Positions 11,313 through 22,003 of a DNA stretch of 32,477 nucleotides are shown one piece after another. The DNA is taken from contig KZ539133.1 of assembly GCA_000934665.2 (NCBI GenBank), forward strand, positions 1 through 32,477. Direction: 5' to 3'. The notes beneath the pieces are model-generated. The model was not told the DNA's origin. It did no database searches and saw nothing but the letters and a program-made list of their open reading frames with translations. The DNA comes from Catajapyx aquilonaris (lineage: Eukaryota). A program made the position numbers and the translations under genes. Within the stretch, counting starts at the first letter, position 1; every line of letters starts with the position of its first letter.

Positions 11313-12137
11313 ATATATTTTATATAAATTTGGATTTTCAGTGCGCCATTCGTTTGTGCCCGTTTGTGCCGAAAACTGAAGCGCTCTATCTCTCACCGTT
11401 CTCAAGATATTGTGTAATATGCGGTACCTGTACTTACTTCTACGGCGCACAGTGCAGTATTTGGCCTCAAAAGCTGGCCAAAATTTGATTTTTTTTAATG
11501 TTACTGATTCCAAAAAATTTCGTTTCCTGGAACAGATGAATGACGAGGATTATTATGACATGCAGTTGTAGTTCTTATAGGTGTAACCCTTCGTCCGTAC
11601 CGGCAGTTTAAAGTTGATGACAGTTCGCGTAATATTTAGCTAATTTTAAGCGCAATTTATGGCGCGACACATTCATTAGTGTTGTTTTCAGTTATACAAA
11701 ATATTTGTGAACTTTTCCAATATGGAAGCTTCAGAAGAAGGTATGCACTTCATTTTAAAGAATTTCTTACAATAATATGACTTATAAGTCATTATTAGTC
11801 CTCGAAATTATGCAATAATTTGTCTACTTTTTCGCCAAATGTGAAATATTCAGACATGATTAAGTTATACTTCCGAAGGCTTCCAAGCTGTTTTCTTTTC
11901 GACATTTTGAAGAGTCAGGCTTCTATTTTCATAGCAATAAAAGAATCTGGCACGCCTTTTCGCGCCATTTCATTTCCCCCAAATTTTTCTCCTGTGCTGT
12001 TAACGTAAATTTTTGCATCTCTTTTTTCCGACTATTTTTTTCTGGAGGCCTTTGGCAAACTCCCTCGGTGAGTGAGCAGAGCTAAGCTCACTGGGGTAGC
12101 AATGTACTGTACTGGGATAGGGAGTGTCACTGGGTTG

Positions 12138-12778
12138 CAGTGGTGTAATCGGGTGCAATGCTCAAATTCGCTCAATATTAGGTGTTTCGGTCCATACGTG
12201 CCGTAAATTGCAGACCTCCTTAAATTCAAAATTAACATTTCGGTAAGAAGGGAAATTACATGTAATACGCAGCAGTGGCGGATCCAGGAATTTTTCTGGG
12301 AATTTTTTTCGGTTCAAGGTCACAACCCTTCCTCGCGACCCTAAATTTGGAGTCACGACCTCAAAATTGCACTGTTCTAGAGGGTTTTTGCGAGTTTTCC
12401 ACCCGTTTTTTTTTCTTTTGTTCCTTTTTCCCCCCCCTAAATCCGCCACTGGTAATACGTAATGATTACGTACAGGCTAACTATTAATGTAATGATTTCT
12501 CATTTTCATTGTTTTTGTGCCATACTGATTACTGACACTGCAACTGCGAGAGTCTGACAGTGAGATAGTACGAGCTAAGACCCCGAATTGATTGGATCGA
12601 ACCCGCTTTCTTACGTCTTATAGAATAAAGAATATAGGTTATAGACGTTAGGCCTATTATGGATTTGTGGGTTTCCTCAAAATTTTCTAAAACTCGCCGG
12701 AAAATTCGGGGGCCCCTTTGCTCGGGAGCCCTGGGGCAGTCGCCCCACCTAGCTGCCCCTATGGTAGTTACGCCACTG
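12138..12778. mobile_element. hAT-like MITE (CAGTGGCGTAAC-type ends) hosting a nested MITE
   Basis: cagtggtgtaa at 12138 and gttacgccactg ending at 12778, with a GC-rich ggggcccc/gccctggggca subterminal block. No direct TSD. Confidence 0.5.
12273..12451. mobile_element. Small hAT MITE
   Basis: TIR cagtggcggat / atccgccactg and an 8-bp TSD gtaatacg (12262-12269 and 12452-12459), with an extra cag at the left junction. Confidence 0.85.
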
Positions 12779-12964
12779 CACCCAGTAATGAAGTTCAAAC
12801 ATGTAGCTCAGACAAGATGGGTGTAAAATGCCAAATGAAAGGTTGGAAAGTTGGAGGACCCCTATAGTACAGGTGCCATAATTATGTCTTAGACGACTTG
12901 CCTAACCTTAGGCTTGACCTTGAAGAGACTTTTTTTTGTCATTTTTGGGAGACTTGCAGATATG

Positions 12965-13026
12965 CGGAGATGGAGTCAGAAGTTGACCACTCATTCATGA
13001 GTGGTCAACTTCTGACTCCATCTCCG
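12965..13026. repeat. Perfect palindrome: 30-bp arms, 2-nt loop
   Basis: cggagatggagtcagaagttgaccactcat-tc-atgagtggtcaacttctgactccatctccg. Confidence 0.95.
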
Positions 13027-13227
13027 TGATAACTATAATTTTGAATGAGGATGGGAACTGGCTATCTTACTTATTTTTTCTGAGTTTTAATATGAGAGGA
13101 ATATTTTAAATTATAAACATACACTGGTGTTCACAGAAAGTGCATCACCCACTATCCACCTCAAAATGTAAAAATCTCGCCTCAATAATTGGCAACCAAA
13201 TTGCACAAAATAATACTGATTTATTAA

Positions 13228-13694
13228 CCCTGGAATCCTGACGTGCCTGAAAGTGACATTAACCATGACATGTGTCCTCCAGGACCCCATCCCATATTTT
13301 ATAATACTTTTCAATGGATTGACTATATGCAATCATTCTTTGAACAATGCCTAAAATGATCACTAATTCAAAATAAACATGCACACTTCCTGTTATATAA
13401 CTTACTCTTTTTTAATGGCAACAGTTCATTTTCGTAGTGAAGAGTTTTCTTTCGCGTATGCTGGGAACCGTGACGTGACGACCGTGACGAGAGCATGGGT
13501 CCAAAAACAATGACTTATCTACATTTTGGTCGGTGTGAAAATTATTAAACTGGATTGAGCCATGAAATGAAGTTTTTTTGAGGAATACACGGAGTTTCAG
13601 GTCATGATCGTTTCAAGGTCACTCATTGTGATGCATGTTACATTTTTACTTCCTTTGGGGTCCTAAAAGACTACCCCACATCACGGTTCCTGGG
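13228..13694. mobile_element. piggyBac-type MITE
   Basis: TTAA|CCC...GGG|TTAA (13224-13227 and 13695-13698). The imperfect TIR ccctggaatcctgacgtg matches the reverse complement cccaggaaccgtgatgtg, and there are gacccc/ggggtc subterminal motifs. Confidence 0.7.
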
Positions 13695-13975
13695 TTAAAT
13701 AAAAAATTCATGCCATATATCACAAGAGAGCCTGATTCAAGATCTCTATAGCTGGGTGCCAACAATAATTCTTGATATCAATGATCGAAGTAAAAGATAA
13801 ACCACTTTCAGTTTTCAACCACTACATTTAACATATTCAGATATCAGAGAAAGGATCCAGGAAAGCCTCAGGGATTTGAGTCTAGGAGGGTGGGAGAGAA
13901 AGGTTGGGTGATTGTCTGGTGAGTGCTGATTATTTAAAAATATCTACCAAACTACATTTCATTTACCGAACATAC

Positions 13976-15091
13976 CTCAGTAAAATGTGGAGGCAATCCT
14001 GCCATGTTGAGTCCACTGTCATCTCGTTGGATTCCTGAAATGATTTCATCAAATCATATCACCAGCTCTTGATATCACCTAATGATTTTATAATTATCAT
14101 AATTTGGTTCAATCATTAAGATGACAGACATGCTAGCATATAAAAAATAAAGAGTCATCCCAAGATTCACTCTTATGCTCTAACTGTATACCCAATACCC
14201 TATCCTATGATAAGCTTTAGCCTCATAGGAATTATTCTTATTTTGAGGGCCAATGTTATTCAACGGCTGAACTTCTGATAGATTTGGATTGTGGAGGGGT
14301 AAATGGGAGAACACTAAGAAATCCCAGACAAACACAGAAAGAAGCCACTGAAAAGATTCCCATCAGAAAATCCTCTGTCCAAACTGGGGGATGGAACTCA
14401 AGATCTCGGATGTCTGGGCCTTAACCACTGCACCACCATACCACCTAATTCGATGATAAAGAAAAGCAGGACTTGGCAACTTGATCAATGAAGTTTAAAG
14501 CTCAAAAAAAATCCACTTAAATCGAACAAGCTACTGGACAGAACCAAGTCTGACAGAATATCCATACAAAATTATTGTTTGTAAACCAAATGACACCTTA
14601 GTGCAGCAGGAATCCCTGGCAAGGAGTCATTGTGAGCCAGTCAATCAAGACCTCAAAATGGTCCACCTCATTACCTCTAATTTGTTTATTACATAAATAC
14701 CTGGTATTTCTGGATGTTTCTTGTGGACCCAGCCACCCAGGTGTTGGTCAATTCCATAATTGGCCCTGTCACCTTCTTCGAAGCTAATCATATGCACTTC
14801 ATCTTTGTCTCGTGGTGCTGCAGACTCTCCCACATACTTGACCCACGAATCAAGGATACACTTAAATTCCTTCCCCTCGGAAGATATTATGCACATTGGT
14901 CGGCCTCCCTGTATATCCACCACTTTGATAATGGCATGTAGCTCCATCCCTTTCTTCAGCCAGGAGCCAACCTGTGTCAAATCAGGAATGGTCTCAGGTT
15001 CAAATGGCTGGCCATGGCCTTTCTTGATCAGCATGTCTGCCAAACTCTCGCCTCTCATGTCACACAATTTCTTCGGGGTTTTTCCCTCTCT
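13976..15091 (-). CDS. Uncharacterised protein exons (15091-14701 and 14034-13976), weak Tudor/SN-fold-like segment
   Basis: ttttcag|AGA acceptor at 15091 opens a 130-codon frame (REGKTPKKLCDMRGESLADMLIKKGHGQPF..ELHAIIKVVDIQGGRPMCIISS..), with donor ccag|gtattt at 14701 (phase 1). The next exon tttcag|GA..GAG|gtatgt (14034-13976) is phase-compatible (GIQRDDSGLNMAGLPPHFTE). Gene ends are unresolved. Confidence 0.55.
14300..14441 (-). mobile_element. Degenerate tRNA-derived SINE head
   Basis: The minus strand reads tatggtggtgcagtggttaagg (A-box-like)...gagttccatcccc (B-box-like), followed by a ttttcagtggcttc body similar to the other SINEs here. Confidence 0.45.
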
Positions 15092-15924
15092 CTGAAAATG
15101 CCATGTTGATTAACATTGCTGCTTCACATGAAAGAACAAACCACAGCAATTCATGCCATAGCAACATTCATTAATATTAGTTTTCACATCAATTTAATAT
15201 TAATGGTGCATAATGGGAAAAGGCTTTCCTAGTTGAAACTAGGTGCAAAAATGCCACAAAGAAATTCATTAGGCAAAGAATATACTGATACATAAGTAAA
15301 TGACCACACTCACATGACTAGTCTCAAGAAACAGTGACAAGAAAATGGATCCGTTATGCAAAAAGGACATTTGAAATATTAAGACAGAGTGAAACTTAAT
15401 TACGTCACTTGACCATATCATATTATCATCATGGTGGTAACATGTATCTTTTACACAAATAAGATTGACTCTAATACTATTCAAGAAAAATATTTTCCTT
15501 TATTACAGGAGGGATCAGCAATAAAACAACTTTTTGCTATTATAGTGAAATAAATGAAGGCACATCTTGCTATGCTATCTTAAGCAGATGCAGATGGAAG
15601 GATCACCTCTTTGGCATTCTTTTTCTATTTCTTGTGGGCATCAACACTCTTTTTGCACTAATAGCTGTCAGGTTGGGTGTAAACTAGGTCACCCACTCCA
15701 TGGTTTGACGGAGTCATGTTATCTTAAATCGTACAGTATTAATTACAGTTAAATGCTATTTCAAGGGAAAATGTCCTGCTATGCCATCCTACAGGAATAA
15801 GGCTCATCTACAAATTTCAATGTGGTCATTTGGGCCAGAAAACATTACCTTATCGCAATGTACAGCTGACAAATATTCATATGATGTCCGGAGATTTGCC
15901 CTGCCAACTTGGGGCATTTTTCAA

Positions 15925-16819
15925 CTCGTAAAATTCCAACCTCACCGATTTTCTTGAAATTCGGTGCATTGATAGCCCACGCAGAGGGATGAAAAACGCA
16001 CCTATAGTCACCTGATCAAAATGTCCCTGTGACCCATTTTTGAGGGGGCAGAGGTCAAATTCCGACCTCACTATTTCTTGAAATTCGGTATATTGACATA
16101 TATGCCCCTCTCTAATATGGGTCACGGTCATTTTGAGCAAGTAACTATAGGTGCGTTTTTAATCCTTTGGGGCGGGCTACCATTGCACCGAATTTCAAGA
16201 GAATCGGTGAGGTCGAATTTTGACCCCTGCCCTCCTCAAAAATAGGTCACACGGTCATTTTTATCAGGTAACTATAGGTGCGTTTTTCATACCTTGGGAT
16301 GGGCTACCAATGCACCGAATTTCAAGAAAATCGGTGAGGTCAAAATTTTACGATTTGACCTCTGCCCCCCTCAAATATGGGTCACAGGGTCATTTTGATC
16401 TGGTAACTATATAGGTGCGTTTGTCATACCTTGGGATGGGCTACCAATTCACCGAATTTCAAGAAAATCGGTGAGGTCGGAATTTCATGTTTTGACCTCT
16501 GCCCCCCTCAAATATGGGTCACAGGGTCATTTTGATCAGGTAACTATAGGTGCGTTATTCATCCCTTGGGGTGGGCTACCAATGCATCGAATTTCAGGAA
16601 AATTTGTGAGGTCAGAATTTGACCTCTGCCCCCCTCAAAAATGGGTCACAGGGTCATTTTGATCAGGTTATATATAGGTGCGTTTGTCATCCCTTGGGAT
16701 GGGCTACCAACGCACCGAATTTCAAGAAAATCGGTGAGGTCATCAAATTTCCGGAAAAGGGGAAAAAGAACTCAGGCCCTGGGGTAAGGCAATTGCTCAA
16801 AAACTCCGTCAGCAAAGGG
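15925..16819. mobile_element. Non-autonomous element with piggyBac-like right end and an inverted tandem array (~125-137-bp unit)
   Basis: Five forward copies (gggtcac at about 16119, 16244, 16379, 16516 and 16643) and about 1.3 reverse-complement copies (about 15925-16090). It ends in aaaggg|TTAA at 16819. The left terminus is not recognisable. Confidence 0.7.
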
Positions 16820-16902
16820 TTAATAGTGGTTAATATTAAAATATCAGATAATTTTCAAGAGAAGTAAGAGAAGATAGAAGATATATTACCTGTTTATGCC
16901 CT

Positions 16903-17659
16903 CGCGAAGTGAGCCCAGTTCGCGCGAACAGGGTGCTTTGGCAACGATAACGGTGCCCACCAGAGATAATGTCGGAACGAATCGAGCACATACGACCGTG
17001 TCTCTCCCAAGGAGTCTTCTCCGTAAGGAGGCAACGGATTCGTAACCTCTGCTTCTCCTCCATCCCCCATCTACCCACTCCCTCTGCCTATATTGGTCTG
17101 GTCACCCTGCTGAGAATTTTAAATATGACCAATCAGGGTCCGGGTGGAGCCTCCCCCCTTGCAAGTCTCCGTCTTCATCTGGCCACTCCACACTACGTCA
17201 CAACTCCGGCACTCCATCTGGCCAATCAGAGCCTTCCCTGTATGCGCGCGCACAAACGAACTTTCAGTTGAGACGCCCATCCCTCGTCATTCTCATTTCG
17301 GAACCAATAAGCGTGGAGTTTGCCCTCCATCCAAGATGGCTGAACTGAGAAGTACAGCAAAGGAGCTCGGAAGGCAGGAGGAACAAGGGCACCCTCTACC
17401 CCCCCCCTCCCCCTCCCCACTTCCACCGGCCTCCAACCCCTCCTCGACCGCTCTTATCCCCCTCCAAGCTTATCCCCCCTGCCCCCCTTCCCGTCTTCCC
17501 CAGCACTCCCCAACTGATGACTCGCATTCCTTCCCAACCCTGACCTCCACTCCTCTCCTCCCACTCCTCGCTGGCTGTGCGAGCGCAATAGCGTAAACGG
17601 ATAGTACGATTCGTGTGCACGGCAGAAAATTTGTTCGCGCGAACTGGGCTCACTTCGCG
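16903..17659. mobile_element. Unclassified element bounded by a perfect 28-bp inverted repeat
   Basis: cgcgaagtgagcccagttcgcgcgaaca (16903-16930) and tgttcgcgcgaactgggctcacttcgcg (17632-17659). The interior is C-rich and non-coding. Confidence 0.65.
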
Positions 17660-18447
17660 GCCAACCAAAGAAATGACCCCACCTTGCACCACCTGGCTGA
17701 CCCTTCCCCCTGTGTGTACCTGCTGTTCTGTTGTATTAAATTCTGACTGTCTGACAAGTCCTTGAGAACCAGTGACCAGCAGCACCCGTAACCCTTGCAA
17801 CGTATAACAATCAAGTAACTGAAAATCCATGTCCCCTTAATGTTTAGCCTGACTCATTGATTCAAGTGTAACAGTATCTCGTCCCTTTGCAACAATTTGC
17901 AGCACTGACTTGAAACACCTACTGCACTGATTAGTAATGTTGGAATATAAAATGCTAACCCTTTCCATGTTCCCCTGGCTGTTTCAATACTGTCTTCTCG
18001 TGCACCAACGTGTTCTACGGATGACCAATAAGCACGGCCGCACACAAGGCTGGTTCAGTCTTTCCGCACCTGCGAAGAAAGAATGTTGCAATGAAAAAGG
18101 CGGGGGAAGAAAAATGATCGGCGTGTCTGGCCTCAATCCAACTCGATCCGGATGCAAGGGGAGGGCGATTGGCCCCCTTGGCCCCTTCACGGCGGCCAGG
18201 GTGTCGGGGAATGCCCAGGGGCCAACCTACCTGTATTAAACGCAGGTTCGACGGGCGAGGTAAGGACGATCATATTGAAAGAACGAAAAACGAGCCTTCT
18301 GGAAGAATGGACGCCATTTTAGAAGAGACAGGGGGAAGGAGGGGAACTGGAGGGGAAGGAGGGAGGAAAGGGGGAAAGGGGAGTGCTACTGCTCCACCCC
18401 GCGCCAACAGATGGCGCGCACGGCAGCGAAGCGTGGTAATAATATTT

Positions 18448-18482
18448 GGGGAGGAGGAGGAGGAGGAGGAGGAGGAGGAGGA
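18448..18482. repeat. (GAG)n microsatellite
   Basis: About 10-11 GAG units in a purine-rich tract. Confidence 0.9.
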
Positions 18483-18904
18483 CTGGAGGAGGGAGAAAAA
18501 ATGAGCGAAATTCGAAATATTCCGAATTAAATAATGCGATTTTACATCCCGGCAAATTACCTTCCATCGTCATTACTGCTGTCCCATTTCTCCCTGCTTT
18601 GGTCACTGGCATCCTTTATTGCAATTGCTCTGTAAGTAGGCTACGCTCATTGTCTGCCACGGTCTGGCAATATAGCCCAGTCAATCTAGAATGAAAAACA
18701 GCTAAAGGTGTAAATTTTGAGGAGGAAGCGAATTTTTGGTACAGATTAATTTGTCCTTCGTGATGTTCTCAAACAGTGCGTAAAAGTACCGGAGTGTCCG
18801 ACGCTTGCTTCGTCCGGGACAACGCAAAGAGCGGTACCTATATGTGACGGCCACTTCGTACTCGACAGTTTCATATCGCATAACCTTCCATCAGACCGTC
18901 GCGG

Positions 18905-19091
18905 CGCATTGAATTGAATCGAATTATATGTAGATATGAATTCAAAATGGAACTTAATTGAATGAGATTTTAAATTAACTATGTGATGTTGAATGGAATG
19001 GCACTGACTGGAAGGAAATGGAAGTGAATGGCGAATGCAGTTGAATTGAATATTAATTAATGTGTTTTGAAAATAGTTGTGCCCATCCCTG
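18905..19091. mobile_element. hAT-like MITE right end with degenerate (GAATT/GAATG)n repeats
   Basis: A pentamer-repeat tract ends in gcccatccctg (19081-19091), the same terminus as 831-841. It truncates the Sola2 transposase frame after FMHPLGSF. Confidence 0.55.
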
Positions 19092-21099
19092 AAGGACCCC
19101 AGCGGATGCATGAACTGAACTTTAGCATCCCTTTCCTATTCGCAGTTGGCCAGTATCTTCCCAATCCACCACTTTTACTACTGTCATAGATAACTGCATA
19201 AAACCTTTCTGGAATAATATTGACCAACTCTTTTGTTTCACCACAAACAATAGCCTTGAAAGATTTGTCAGAAACTGAAATCCGTTTCACCAAAAGGGTT
19301 ATTTTGTCCAATGGTTTGAAGAAGTGGTACTCTCTGGTGCCTACTATTGATAAGGCATTATCAAACCGTCTCTTCAGGAAGTCTTCGTTTGCATCCACTT
19401 CCGTTGCTGGTGTGAAAAACACCGGAATTCATTTAATGTTTTTAGAGGCAAATTAAAACAGATCTTTCGCACCCAAAATTTGTCCCTCCGTGGTTCTCAG
19501 AAGGCTTGCCCTTGTAGCAAGGCGCTTAATTATTGTTCCCCCTACTCCATCACAGGCATCATTTTTGCCATGACTGGGGGCAAAGAAATGCCACTCAGCC
19601 TTCATGCCATGGTCGTCTTCATGGTGACACAATAAGTTAACAAAGTTCTTACAGTTTTGGTACTGGGCTGCACTTCCGTCACTAAAATATAATAATAGCC
19701 TACACTACACTTTTCAAATGTGAATGTTCTTGTTTCACGTATTGTAAAAGTGATTTCTGGAATGTGTAATAAGTTGTTGTGTCATGTTTATGGCAGTCGC
19801 TGATAAAGCATAGGATTTTGACATTAGTTTACGGTCATGCTTGTAGTAAATGACAAAGGGGTGTAATGTAACTTGAATGTTGTGCCAGTGAAAACCTTGG
19901 GCAGCATCTTGCAGGATGCAGGTGTAATTTTCTGCAAAGTCTGCTAAAATCAAGCAGCACTGATCATCCAAGTCTGCTTTCATTTGCTTTAGGTGTTGAC
20001 TCTGTGACTTGGCTATAAAATGAAGTTTTGTTAACATGCATTAATTTTTCAACCAGGAAAGAAACAAATTCATTAACTGGTTTTACTAAAGTTTCAAGGG
20101 ATGATCGGTCAGTCTGGAGCCACTGCTTAAATGCAACTGTTTCTTTAGTTTCAAAGTATCTAACCCCATAAGAAAATCTCGAAGATGAGACTCATCAGGG
20201 CATTCAGGGCAACGCAACGGTGAAGCATGCATTCTTCTGATTGCAGGTTGCACACTAGTTTTAGGAGTTCTTGATATGGCATGCTTAAATCCATACTCTG
20301 CATCATTACTTTAACATTCTGACTATGATATGTGCATACGCACACTGAATGAACCCCACGACTATTTACCGCTACACACTCTTTAGGCCACACAAAACTT
20401 GGTAAAACCAATTTTATCTTCAGGATTCTTTTCCTTGAATGATAAGTATAGGCATCTTTTAAATTATGCAGAATTTTATTAGTCTCTTTGTTCTCAACTC
20501 TCTTTTACCATCTTCTGTTGGTATAGAAACACAGTCTTTTTTATTAGCTGAAATTCTACTGATATCATCTTCACAATAAAAATCCCTTACTTTCTGAACA
20601 ACTTTAACACCTTTCCTTTTGCCAACTTCACCTAAAACACCTTCTTTGTTCTGGACCTTTCGAACCTTTTTCACCAAGTACTCAGTGGTTTAAAAAAAAA
20701 CTCATTGTTTGTGGGATACTCCAAGATTCAGGAACAAGAGTCAATATCGGAACTTGTTCATCTATTTTACTACTTTTAAATTTTTTCCTTTAAAAATGTT
20801 GTTTTATACCTTCAACTATGTACAATTTGATTATAGTATTGAAACTTGTCTAATGTTAATGATGAAATTGTACGAAAATATAGCATGCTTTAAAATGAGA
20901 TCGGGACATGCCAAGAATAGTGATTTTAGGCCCTTTTTTTGCAGTAAAACCTTAATTTTATATTTTTCTTTGTTTTCATGGGGATGGCTAGATGTCAACT
21001 GCTTCTACAAATGTTTAAAAAATCACCTCTATCAGTCAAGCCATTTTTGAGTTATTATGCCTGGACATGGTATATTGGTAAGTTTTTGGAGAATCGCCC
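19092..21099 (-). mobile_element. Decayed Sola2 DNA transposon (DDD transposase pseudogene plus 5' terminus)
   Basis: Fragments in order on the minus strand: VRDFYCEDDISR..KDCVSI..KRL; KIGF..PKECV..HSVCVCTYH.QNVK; CNLQSEECMLHRC; HFIAKSQ..ADFAENY..QDAAQGFHW..QVTLHPFV; YFSDGSAAQYQNCKNF; WHFFAPSHGK..CDGVGG; GTREYHFF. These are the hallmark Sola2 motifs. Many frameshifts. The terminus gtaagtttttggagaatcgccc|ATAT is at 21099. Confidence 0.85.
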
Positions 21100-21522
21100 A
21101 TATACCACTTTATTCCAAAATCACAATTTGAATTGCCCCGCGCTCCCGCGCCAAACTTTGAGTGGATTTTTTTCGCATAAGGAGAGGGGTGCAAAACTCG
21201 ATCTTGGTGGCACAAAAGGTTGCAAAGTGAAGAGAATCTGATAGGCCAAAGAAACCGTCACTTTTTGAGTGACTCGCACTCCTCAACTTCCTCAAATTTG
21301 TTTCCTTAATAACTCACTAACTATAGGGGTACAAAACTCGTTCTCGCTGGTACAAAATGTTGCAAAATGGGTGCAAAATTCCTGCACATGTTATATTGTC
21401 CTAGCTAAACCTTGCACTCCAAGTTAACAGACCTCTGGGTGGCGTTACTGGTGGGTGCGGTTTTACTTCTGCGCATTATCACCGTCGGATCACGGACGAT
21501 GGTCGGATGTCGCGGTGCGACA

Positions 21523-21600
21523 CTCTGTCTCTGTCTCATCAGTGTCTCTCTCTCTCTCTGTCTCTCTCTCTCCCTCTCCCTCCCTCTCCCTTTCCCTCCC
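21523..21600. repeat. (TC)n-rich microsatellite upstream of ZNF341
   Basis: ctctgtctctgtctc...tctctctctctctgtctctctctctccctctccc. Confidence 0.85.
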
Positions 21601-22003
21601 GCCATCCCTTTCCACCCGCCACTCGCAATTTTGCCTAATTTTGGCAACTGGACCCTAGTGCAATTTTTATACACCGAAAATAGTACTGACGTCACACCCT
21701 ATCTGGGCCACCTGTTTGAATTATTGTACCCACCTTGCAGTGCACCTTGTATGCTTGTAACCACCTGCGCATATCAGTTCCATCTAGTGTCCCACATTTA
21801 AATGACTACTCTCTTGGCAGCGCTTGGCAGTATCCACCGCGTGGTGGCAGCTTGAGTTCCGTAATCCGTGTTGATAGTGGCTAGCATGGCGTCTATGCAA
21901 GGAGGAGATTAGTTAGGTGAAGCTGGTGAACATGTCTGAGGGTGCCAATTGACGACATATTGGACAGGAGAAGCGTCAGCTTGGATCTGGATCAGTGAAA
22001 GCC

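Noticed and set aside
10058..12030. Possible Charlie/SPIN hAT relic (caaactacggcccgcg start; DMIKLYFRRLPS-like fragment) split by the Sola2 MITE
   Set aside because: Too degenerate to support without an alignment.
13125..13250. Candidate extra exons of the orphan gene
   Set aside because: The acceptor lies in a piggyBac MITE and the phases do not join cleanly.
15600..15720. Minus-strand VGDLVYTQPD resembling a Tudor core
   Set aside because: In-frame stops follow immediately and there are no consistent splice sites.
16116..16740. Regular repeats as a CRISPR array or repeat protein
   Set aside because: Whole units repeat with no unique spacers, the context is eukaryotic, and the frames are broken.
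18169..18694. Poly-E, poly-R and poly-L ORFs
   Set aside because: Translations of a GAG microsatellite in low-complexity DNA.
21405..21801. RE-repeat and SL-repeat ORFs
   Set aside because: Translations of the TC microsatellite.
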